Origin: Alphaproteobacteria bacterium | Lineage (GTDB): Bacteria > Pseudomonadota > Alphaproteobacteria > Bin95 | DNA: 64,000 nt | Direction of reading: 5' to 3' | Assembly (NCBI GenBank): GCA_965205265.1 | Contig: CBDBGH010000003.1 | Location: forward strand, 768,001-832,000 | Shown: piece by piece, positions 43,445-50,864 of the stretch | How positions within the stretch are numbered: position 1 is the stretch's first letter | How the letters are laid out: each line of letters opens with the position of its first letter | Translations under genes and position numbers: made by a program | The notes under the pieces: generated by a model | The model's input: only the letters and a program-made list of their open reading frames with translations | Told to the model about the DNA's origin: nothing | The model's database searches: none

Positions 43445-45100
43445 ATGTTCGTGCGCATCAAGACCTCCCCCAACAGCCCGCGACGCTCGGTCCAGATCGT
43501 CGAGGCCGTGCGCGACGGCGGCAAGGTCCGACAGCGCATCGTCCGCCATGTCGGCGTGGCCATGGACGAGGACGAGCTCGAGCGCCTGAGGCAGCTCGGC
43601 GAGTACGTCAAGGCGAAGCTGGAGGACGAGCGTCAGCCGGCATTGTTTGCGCCCGAGAAGATCGCTGAGCAGGCGATCCGTGTCGGCCGCCGGGGGGACG
43701 GCAAGGAGGAACTCCCGGTCGACCTCAAGCAGCTTGAAGAGGAGCAGCGCCTGATCACAGGCATCCACGAGGTCTATGGCGAGATCTACCGGCTGCTGGG
43801 CCTCGACGCGCTGCTGCCGCGCTCGCGCTACCGGGCCTCCCATGACGCGCTGTTCCATGTGGTGATGGCGCGGGTAGCCAACCCCGACAGCAAGCGGGGC
43901 AGCGTGCGCCGGCTCGAGGAGGACTTCGGCGTGAGTCTTCCGCTCGAGAAGGTCTACCGGATGATGGATCAGCTCGACGCGACGGTGATCGAGCGACTGC
44001 GCACGCGCGTCGGCGAGGCGAGCCGGTCGCTGCTGCCGGAGCCGGTCGCGATCCTCTTCTTCGATTGCACCACGCTCTACTTCGAGACGGCCGCCGAGGA
44101 CGAGCTTCGCCAGCACGGCTTCAGCAAGGACGGCAAACACAAGGACTCGCAGGTTCTGCTGGCGCTGATGGTGACGCGCGAAGGGCTGCCGATCAGCTAC
44201 GAGGTCTTCCCCGGCGCCACCTACGAGGGACACAGCATGGTCCCGGTCCTGCAGGACATGCAGCGCCGCCACCAGGTGGAGCGCACGGTATGCGTGGCCG
44301 ACCGGGGCATGCTGAGCGCCGACAACCTCGACGCCATGGACGCCATCGGCGGCGAGTATGTCGTCGGCGCGCGGCTGCGCAAGCTGCCGCTCGCGCTGCT
44401 GGGGCAGGTTCTCGACCCCGGGACCTATGCCCCGCTGGAGGGCTCACAGGACCGCCGGGTCGGCGAGTGGGAGTACAAGGGCCGTCGCCTGATCGTCGTC
44501 TTCTGCCCCCAGCGCGCACGCAAGGACGCGCACGAGCGCCGCCATCAGGTGGAACGCCTGCTCGACAGGCTGGCCCGCAGCGACAATCCCAGGGAACTGC
44601 TCTCCAATCACGGGGCGAAGCGCTTCATCGCCGTCGAGGGCGACGCACGGCTCACGGTGAACCCGGAGAAGATCGCCGAGGCCGCACGATGGGACGGGCT
44701 CACCGGCGTCATCACCAATCTGCGCGACGCGCGCGTCACCGAAGTGATGGCTCACTACCAGGGGCTCTGGCAGGTCGAGGAGAGCTTCCGGATCACCAAA
44801 CACGACCTGAAGATACGTCCCATCTGGCACTGGAACCCGGACCGGATCCGCGCTCACATCGCCATCGCCTTCCTGGCCTTCGCCTGCGTTCGACACCTTG
44901 CGTACCGCGTCGCCATCCAGAAGCGGCGGATGTCCCCGGAGGTCATCCGCTCCGCCCTCGTCCACCGCCAGTGCTCCCTGCTGCGCTGTCGGCAATCGGG
45001 CAACCGCTACGTCATCCCCTCGAAGCCGACACCGGCGGCGGAGCAGATTTACGCAACCATGGGGCTGCCCCTGACGATCACCCCGTATCAACTCGCCTGA
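43445..45100 (+). CDS. IS1634-family DDE transposase
   Basis: 551 aa; MFVRIK..VQIVE..R.GGKVRQR, FFDCTTLYF (D), GFSKDGK, VADRGM (D), YQGLWQVEESFRITK (E), RPIWHW. Confidence 0.93.
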   Translation: MFVRIKTSPNSPRRSVQIVEAVRDGGKVRQRIVRHVGVAMDEDELERLRQLGEYVKAKLEDERQPALFAPEKIAEQAIRVGRRGDGKEELPVDLKQLEEEQRLITGIHEVYGEIYRLLGLDALLPRSRYRASHDALFHVVMARVANPDSKRGSVRRLEEDFGVSLPLEKVYRMMDQLDATVIERLRTRVGEASRSLLPEPVAILFFDCTTLYFETAAEDELRQHGFSKDGKHKDSQVLLALMVTREGLPISYEVFPGATYEGHSMVPVLQDMQRRHQVERTVCVADRGMLSADNLDAMDAIGGEYVVGARLRKLPLALLGQVLDPGTYAPLEGSQDRRVGEWEYKGRRLIVVFCPQRARKDAHERRHQVERLLDRLARSDNPRELLSNHGAKRFIAVEGDARLTVNPEKIAEAARWDGLTGVITNLRDARVTEVMAHYQGLWQVEESFRITKHDLKIRPIWHWNPDRIRAHIAIAFLAFACVRHLAYRVAIQKRRMSPEVIRSALVHRQCSLLRCRQSGNRYVIPSKPTPAAEQIYATMGLPLTITPYQLA

Positions 45101-45166
45101 CCGTCGACGAAGCACGGCTCGAAGAAATGCCGGATGTAGTGCCTAGCCGAAATGAGAACCAGGCAA

Positions 45167-45179
45167 TATCAACTACTTA
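45167..45179 (+). promoter_or_regulatory. IHF consensus site inside the right IS end
   Basis: TATCAACTACTTA matches WATCAANNNNTTR exactly. Confidence 0.6.
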
Positions 45180-45203
45180 TGCGAATCAACCGTCGAAGTC
45201 AGG

Positions 45204-45669
45204 AGATAAGCCCAAGTCTAGGAAAGGGCAAGTATGGCCTTCGCAATCCTTTTGGCGCTGATCGGGGTTCCCCTGGTCGAGATCGCCGTTTTCATCGAGG
45301 TCGGCGGCTGGATCGGGTTGTGGCCGACGCTCGCCGTGATCGTGCTGACGGCCGTCGTCGGGACCTGGCTGATCCGCGCGCAGGGGGTGGGCGTATTGAT
45401 GCGCGCCCGGCGGACGATCGCCGAGGGCGGCGCGCCGATCCGCGAGATGTTCGACGGGGTATGCCTTATCGTGGCGGGCGCCCTGCTGCTGACGCCGGGC
45501 TTCTTCACCGACGCCGCCGGGTTCCTGCTGCTGCTGCCGCCGTTCCGGGACCTCGCAGCAGGATGGGCCTGGCGGCGCTGGGGCGGCGAGGTCCGCGTCC
45601 GGCGGGCCGGGGCCGGCGTCATCGAAGGCGAGTATCGCGACGACACGCCGGGAGAGCCCCGATGATCCT
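45204..45669 (+). repeat. 466-bp direct repeat, copy 2
   Basis: Matches 42822-43287; begins immediately after the right TIR. Confidence 0.95.
45234..45665 (+). CDS. fxsA: FxsA family membrane protein, copy 2
   Basis: Translation identical to 42852-43283. Confidence 0.92.
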   Translation: MAFAILLALIGVPLVEIAVFIEVGGWIGLWPTLAVIVLTAVVGTWLIRAQGVGVLMRARRTIAEGGAPIREMFDGVCLIVAGALLLTPGFFTDAAGFLLLLPPFRDLAAGWAWRRWGGEVRVRRAGAGVIEGEYRDDTPGEPR

Positions 45670-46213
45670 GCTGCGCCACGGCCAGACGCTGTGGAACCTG
45701 CATTACGGCCAGACGCGCATCGATCCGGGCCTTCCCGATCCGGGGCTGACGGAGGAAGGCTGCCGGCAGGCCGAGGCGGCCGCGGCCGCGCTCGCCGGGC
45801 GCGGCATCTCGCTGCTCTTCGCAAGCCCCTACCGGCGCACGCTCGAAACGGCGGCTGCCATTGCCCGGCGCCTCGACGTCCCGATTTCGATAGAGCCGCT
45901 GCTGCGCGAGCGGGCGGGCTTTTCCTGCGATGTCGGGACCCGCGCGGGCATGCTGGCCGGGGCCTGGCCGGACCTCGACTTCTCCGCCCTCGACGAGCAG
46001 TGGTGGTGCGAACTCGGGGAAACGCATGAGCGGGTGCTGGACCGCGCCCGCGCCTTCCGCGCCGCCGTGGCCGAACGCCCGGACCGCGACCGTATCTGCG
46101 CGGTGACCCATTGGGGCGTTATCCGCGCGCTGACCGGCGAGACCGTCGAGAACGGCGCCATCCGCAAGCACGACCCCTCCGGTCCGCTTTCTCCCTTTGC
46201 CGCCCCGTGCTAG
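45662..46213 (+). CDS. Histidine phosphatase (phosphoglycerate mutase superfamily)
   Basis: MILLRHGQT, ASPYRRTLET, VTHWGVIRAL. Confidence 0.9.
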   Translation: MILLRHGQTLWNLHYGQTRIDPGLPDPGLTEEGCRQAEAAAAALAGRGISLLFASPYRRTLETAAAIARRLDVPISIEPLLRERAGFSCDVGTRAGMLAGAWPDLDFSALDEQWWCELGETHERVLDRARAFRAAVAERPDRDRICAVTHWGVIRALTGETVENGAIRKHDPSGPLSPFAAPC

Positions 46214-46223
46214 ACGGGCGGCC

Positions 46224-46736
46224 ATGACCGGGAACGGCGCAAACGGGGCGGCCGACGCGAAGCCGCGGGTGACCATCGGCGCGCAATATCTGAAGGACCT
46301 CTCCTTCGAGAGTCCGAACGCGCCGATGAGCTTCAACGAGCTCGAAACGCGGCCCGAGATCGGCATCGACCTCAATGTCGAGGCGCGCCCCCTGCAAGAC
46401 AACCACTTCGAGGTGCTGCTGCATGTCACGGCGCGGGCGAAGCGCGGCGAGACGGTCCTCTTCCTGGTGGAGCTGTCCTACGCCGCGGTCGCCTCCGTGC
46501 CGCCCCTGCCGGACGAGGTGAGGACCAGGGTGGTCGGGTCCGAGGTGCCGAAGCTGCTGTTCCCCTTCGCCCGTGGCATCATCGCCAATGCGGTGCGTGA
46601 CGGTGGCTTCCCGCCCTTCCTGATCGACCCCATCGACTTCGATGCGCTGTTCGAGCGCGCGGCGGCCGCGCAGGCGGATGGGCGCCGGCAGGAGGCGGGC
46701 GGGCAGGCCGCGCAGGAGGAGGGAGGCGGCGATTAG
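46224..46736 (+). CDS. secB: Protein export chaperone SecB
   Basis: QYLKDLSFESPNAP, LLFPFAR.II...GGFPP..IDPIDF. Confidence 0.95.
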   Translation: MTGNGANGAADAKPRVTIGAQYLKDLSFESPNAPMSFNELETRPEIGIDLNVEARPLQDNHFEVLLHVTARAKRGETVLFLVELSYAAVASVPPLPDEVRTRVVGSEVPKLLFPFARGIIANAVRDGGFPPFLIDPIDFDALFERAAAAQADGRRQEAGGQAAQEEGGGD

Positions 46737-46938
46737 CCGGGACCGCGAATACGCGCCGCCCGAGGCGGAGGAAGCGGAGGTCTGGGGCGACCTGCTGCGG
46801 TCCTTCCTGCGCGGCGCCGCATTGCTGGGGCTGGCTGCGGCCGGCGCCGGCGGCGGGCTCTGGTATCTCTACTACCTGATGAGCACCGGCCGGATGGAGC
46901 ACTTCCCCCTCGTCTGCGGCGCCATCGGCCTGGAGTGA
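46732..46938 (+). CDS. Putative small single-pass membrane protein, possible ATT start
   Basis: GGAGG SD 5 nt before an ATT that overlaps the secB stop; hydrophobic AALLGLAAAGAGGGLWYLYYLM segment; fills the gap to the convergent gene. Confidence 0.45.
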   Translation: MSRDREYAPPEAEEAEVWGDLLRSFLRGAALLGLAAAGAGGGLWYLYYLMSTGRMEHFPLVCGAIGLE

Positions 46939-46942
46939 ACGG

Positions 46943-47836
46943 TCAGCCTCCCGGCAGGAAGGCGAGGAGTTCGGCGAGCAGTTCTTCCGGCGCTTCCTCG
47001 GGGATGAAGTGGCCGCAATCGAGCGCGCGGCCCCGCACGTCGTCGGCGCGGGCGCGCCAGACATCCAGCATGTTCAGCTTCGCCCCGGTCTGCCAGCCGG
47101 GCCGCTTCGGCATGTTGCCGGCCCAGAGCGCCAGCACGGGGCAGGCGAGTTTCCGGCCCCGGTCGGCGGCGTCATGCTCCATGTCGAGCGCGACGGCGCG
47201 GTAGTCGGCGCACATGGCGCGCACCGTTTCCGGGTCGGAAAAGCAGCGCAGATACTCCCCGTAGGCCGCTTCCTCGAAGGCTCCCGGAACCGCGCTCCAC
47301 TGGTCGAGGAAGAAATCCAGGAACAGCTTCGGGCTGGTGGAGAACACCGTCTCGGGAAGCGGCGAAGGCTGGCGCATGAGGTTCCAGTGGAACCACGAGA
47401 ACGCCAGGGAAGCGTCCATGTTCTCGAACGCTTCCAGAGACGGGACCACGTCCAGATTGGTGAAGCTCAGGACCCGCCCCGGATGGTCGAGCGCGAGGCG
47501 GAGCCCGACGCGCACGCCCCGGTCGTGGCCGACGAGGTGGAAGGCCTCGAAGCCGAGCGCCTGCATGACGGCCACCTGGTCGCTCGCGGTTGTGCGCTTG
47601 CAGTAGGTCGTGTGGTCGCCCGGTTCCGGGCGCGGCTTGTCGCTGTCCCCATAGCCGCGCAGGTCCGGGCAGACGACCGTGAACCGTTCCGCCAGGCGGG
47701 GCGCCACCTTGTGCCATTCCGCATGGGTCTGGGGATAGCCGTGCAGCATCAGCAGCGGCGGCCCTTCGCCCCCGTGCACGACATGGATCCCGCACCCTCC
47801 GGCGTCGATCCCGGACCTCTCGAATCCCTCGAACAT
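46943..47836 (-). CDS. Alpha/beta hydrolase, haloacetate dehalogenase-like
   Basis: LHGYPQTH, DLRGYGDS, GHDRGVRV, FHW, CADYRA, CGHF. Confidence 0.85.
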   Translation of the reverse strand: MFEGFERSGIDAGGCGIHVVHGGEGPPLLMLHGYPQTHAEWHKVAPRLAERFTVVCPDLRGYGDSDKPRPEPGDHTTYCKRTTASDQVAVMQALGFEAFHLVGHDRGVRVGLRLALDHPGRVLSFTNLDVVPSLEAFENMDASLAFSWFHWNLMRQPSPLPETVFSTSPKLFLDFFLDQWSAVPGAFEEAAYGEYLRCFSDPETVRAMCADYRAVALDMEHDAADRGRKLACPVLALWAGNMPKRPGWQTGAKLNMLDVWRARADDVRGRALDCGHFIPEEAPEELLAELLAFLPGG

Positions 47837-47986
47837 GCGCTGCTCCAACACCCCGTTTCCCGGATCAGGCGTCGGAGGGGCGCGCCTTGTCAACGAAACA
47901 GCGCCCCGCCGCGCCCTCCGCCTCGATTGACCCGGTCGTTTGCGCCCTGTATTCAACGCTATCGGGCGGATACCGGACGGCGGGAC

Positions 47987-48400
47987 ATGGCTGAGGAAAC
48001 CGGCATCGAGAGGCTGTGCCGCGAGAGAAACCTTCGCCTGACAGGCCAGCGTCGGACGGTGGCCCGCGTCCTCTCCGACAGCGCCGACCATCCCGATGTC
48101 GATACGGTCTATCGGCGCGCGAGCCGGATCGACCCGAATATCTCCATCGCCACCGTCTATCGCACGCTCAAGCTCTTCGAGGACGCCAATGTGCTGACCC
48201 GGCACGATTTCGGCGGCGGCCGGGCGCGCTACGAGGAGGCCGGCGAGCATCACGACCATCTGATCGATGTGGAAACCGGGACGGTGGAGGAGTTCTACGA
48301 CGCCGAGCTCGAAGAGATGAAGAGCAGGATCGCCGAACGCCTCGGCTTCGACCTGGTGGATCATCGTCTCGAGCTCTATGGCCGTCGCCGGCGCAGCTAG
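47987..48400 (+). CDS. fur: Fur family transcriptional regulator (Fur/Mur)
   Basis: RLTGQRR, DHPDV, SIATVYRTLKLF, HHDHLIDV, DHRLELYG. Confidence 0.92.
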   Translation: MAEETGIERLCRERNLRLTGQRRTVARVLSDSADHPDVDTVYRRASRIDPNISIATVYRTLKLFEDANVLTRHDFGGGRARYEEAGEHHDHLIDVETGTVEEFYDAELEEMKSRIAERLGFDLVDHRLELYGRRRRS

Positions 48401-50087
48401 CGCCCGGCGCCGGGCCTGGCGCACCGCGACACCGGACGGCTGGACCTGGGTAACCCTGTCGGTGGCGGCGCTGGCGGCAGCGCCGATCCTGGCCGTCATC
48501 TGGATGGCCGTCACGCCGACCCTCGACATCTGGCGGCACCTCGCCTCGACCGTGCTGCCGGGCTATGTCTGGAATTCCTTCCTGCTTGCGCTCGGCGTCG
48601 CGGTCGGCACGGTGGCTATCGGCGTCGCGGCGGCCTGGCTGGTCACCATGTGCCGGTTCCCGGGAAGCCGGGCCTTCGAGTGGCTTTTGCTGCTGCCGCT
48701 CGCCATGCCCGCCTATGTCGTCGCCTATGTCTATACCGACCTTCTGGAATATGCGGGCGCGGTGCAGGTGTTTCTGCGCGCCTCGTTCGGCTGGACCACC
48801 GCGCGCGACTACTGGTTTCCCGAGATACGTTCGCTCGGCGGGGCGGTCTCGCTGTTCTCGCTGGTGCTCTACCCTTACGTTTATCTGCTCTCCAGAGCGG
48901 CCTTCATCGAGCAGAATGTCTGCGTGCTGGAAGCGAGCCGCCTGCTCGGCTGCACGCCCTGGCAGGCCTTCCGGCGCGTGGCGCTGCCGCTCGCCCGCCC
49001 GGCGGTGGCCATCGGCGTCATCCTCGCCCTGATGGAAACCTTGAACGATCTGGGCGCAGTCGAATTCTTTGCGCTACAGACATTTACGGTCGGTATCTTC
49101 GACATCTGGATGAACATGGGCAATGCCGCCGGCGCCTCCCAGCTCGCGCTTGTGCTTCTGGTCGTCATCGCCGGTCTTATCTGGGCCGAACGTGCGGCCC
49201 GGCGTCAGCGGCGTTTCCACCACACGAGCGGACGCTACCGGCGGCTGGCGCCGCCCCGCCTTTCCGGCTGGGCCGCCGCCGGCGCGTTTCTGGCCTGCGG
49301 GCTGCCGGTGCTGCTCGGCTTCCTCCTGCCCTCGGCAGTGCTCGCCTGGTATGCGGTGACGGCCTGGCAGCCGGACCAATTGTCCGACTTCCTGAAATAT
49401 GCGGAGCACAGCCTCACGCTGGCCGGTATCGCCGCGCTGGCGGCCTCGGGATTCGGGCTTGTGCTCGCCTATGGCGCGCGGGCCGGCGCCCCGCCGGTTG
49501 CGCAGGGCGCGGCGCGTTTCGTGTCGCTCGGCTATGCGGTGCCGGGGGCGGTGCTGGCGCTCGGCGTGATGATTCCGCTCGCCGGCCTCGACCGCGGCAT
49601 CGACGCCTTCGCGCGCGCCGAATTCGGCGTCTCGACCGGGCTGGTTTTCAGTGGGACGCTGTTTGCGGTCTCGGCTGCGCTGACCGTGCGTTTCCTGGCA
49701 CTCGCCTACGGCACCATCGACGCCGGCCTCTCGAAGGTGACGCCGAATATCGACAGCGCGGCGCGCACGCTCGGCCACGGGCCGTTCGCGCGGCTGTCGC
49801 GCGTACATCTGCCCATCGTGCGCGGCAGCGTGCTGACCGGGGCGCTGCTGGTCTTCGTCGATTCGATGAAGGAACTGCCGATGACGCTTATCCTGCGGCC
49901 CTTCAACTACGAAACGCTGGCGACGAATGTCTATCAGTTCGCCTCGGACGAGCTTCTGGAGGAATGCTCGCTCTCGGCGCTCGCCATCGTGCTGGCGGGC
50001 GTGCTGCCGGTGCTGTTGCTGACCCGCATCATCGGCCACTCCCGCGCCGGCGAGGAGCTGATCCCTCGCCGGGCCGATGAGCCGTAG
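48378..50087 (+). CDS. Fe(III) ABC transporter permease (FbpB/FutB-like)
   Basis: Two permease halves; LPLAMPAYV, YPYVYLL.RAAF, LGYAVPG.VLA, MKELP.T.ILRPFN. Confidence 0.9.
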   Translation: MAVAGAASARRRAWRTATPDGWTWVTLSVAALAAAPILAVIWMAVTPTLDIWRHLASTVLPGYVWNSFLLALGVAVGTVAIGVAAAWLVTMCRFPGSRAFEWLLLLPLAMPAYVVAYVYTDLLEYAGAVQVFLRASFGWTTARDYWFPEIRSLGGAVSLFSLVLYPYVYLLSRAAFIEQNVCVLEASRLLGCTPWQAFRRVALPLARPAVAIGVILALMETLNDLGAVEFFALQTFTVGIFDIWMNMGNAAGASQLALVLLVVIAGLIWAERAARRQRRFHHTSGRYRRLAPPRLSGWAAAGAFLACGLPVLLGFLLPSAVLAWYAVTAWQPDQLSDFLKYAEHSLTLAGIAALAASGFGLVLAYGARAGAPPVAQGAARFVSLGYAVPGAVLALGVMIPLAGLDRGIDAFARAEFGVSTGLVFSGTLFAVSAALTVRFLALAYGTIDAGLSKVTPNIDSAARTLGHGPFARLSRVHLPIVRGSVLTGALLVFVDSMKELPMTLILRPFNYETLATNVYQFASDELLEECSLSALAIVLAGVLPVLLLTRIIGHSRAGEELIPRRADEP

Positions 50088-50093
50088 CATTTT

Positions 50094-50165
50094 GAACATG
50101 AAATGTTCGTTTATTCTGAAATAATTCAGAAATAACTTGACATTGATGATATACACCTCAATATA
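50094..50165. promoter_or_regulatory. AT-rich regulatory patch with two palindromes and a TTGACA
   Basis: GAACAT-N3-ATGTTC (50094-50108), TTCTGAA-N4-TTCAGAA (50114-50131), TTGACA (50137-50142). Confidence 0.5.
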
Positions 50166-50179
50166 AGGCGGGAGGGAAG

Positions 50180-50215
50180 GAAGCGGCATCCGCGGGTCCG
50201 CTTCGTTTTCCGTTT
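50180..50215 (+). terminator. Possible intrinsic terminator
   Basis: GAAGCGG/CCGCTTC stem followed by GTTTTCCGTTT. Confidence 0.45.
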
Positions 50216-50494
50216 CGCGCCGGCGCGAAAACAGCCCCCGATTCGGCCAACGGGCGAGGTGCGCCCTGCGCCCGGCTCGCGCGCGCAAGCGCATGCGGGC
50301 AATCAGGCGCGCGAACCGCGCCGGCGCGAAACGCCCGCCCGCGGGCGCGGGCGCCCGCGGGCGGGGTACGCGCGAATCAAGGTCCCGCCGCAGGGGGCAG
50401 CCCGATGGCGGGGAGGAGGGAGCGGAGTGGAACGAAACGGGAGAAAGGAACGACATGAAGGAAGCCGACGGACACAGCTTCGAGGAAGGACGGA

Positions 50495-50557
50495 CCTCAT
50501 GCCCCAAACGGCTACAGCATATGCCCCGTTCGCATGCGGATCATGACATCGCATGAC
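50495..50557 (+). repeat. 63-bp imperfect direct repeat upstream of the adhesin gene
   Basis: Gapless 48/63 match to 55868-55930; both start CCTCATGCCC and end CATGACATCGCATGAC. Confidence 0.8.
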
Positions 50558-50763
50558 ATGCCGTAACACTCCCGGCGGGAGGGGACAAAACAGGCTGGCG
50601 GCGGCGAATGGCGGCGCTTGACAACGGGCGCGTCCGGGGCTTCCCTTCGACCGGGGTATCGTGCCCGCGCACGTGGGGGATCGAATTGGAGCGTGGTCAT
50701 GGGGCGTTTGCGTTTCGCCGACGAGGGCTTGACATGGGTGTCTCGTTGGCTCGTGTATAATTT

Positions 50764-50846
50764 AGCGCCGAGCGCCGAGCGCCGAGCGCCGAGCGCCGAG
50801 CGCCGAGCGCCGAGCGCCGAGCGCCGAGCGCCGAGCGCCGAGCGCC
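50764..50846 (+). repeat. Heptanucleotide simple sequence repeat, (AGCGCCG)x11 plus 6/7 of a unit
   Basis: Counted directly; perfect units starting 2 nt after a TATAAT. Confidence 0.97.
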
Positions 50847-50864
50847 CAACCTGCGTCTTCAGTC

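Larger units (their letters stand above)
43288..45203 (+). mobile_element. IS1634-family insertion sequence, 1,916 bp
   Basis: Perfect 17-bp TIRs: CCTGACTTCGACGGTTG (43288-43304) and CAACCGTCGAAGTCAGG (45187-45203); single DDE transposase; long flanking direct repeat. Confidence 0.93.

Noticed and set aside
42822-45669. Composite transposon or integrative element carrying fxsA
   Set aside because: There is only one IS. The repeats are chromosomal sequence outside the TIRs, and the tim44/fxsA/secB context is native, so a target duplication fits better.
50729-50761. Perfect TTGACA...TATAAT as a canonical sigma70 promoter
   Set aside because: The spacer is 21 nt, too long for a standard promoter; noted only as an alternative explanation for the SSR.
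50764-50846. Tandem repeat considered as a CRISPR array
   Set aside because: Contiguous 7-bp units with no spacers, and no cas genes in the window.
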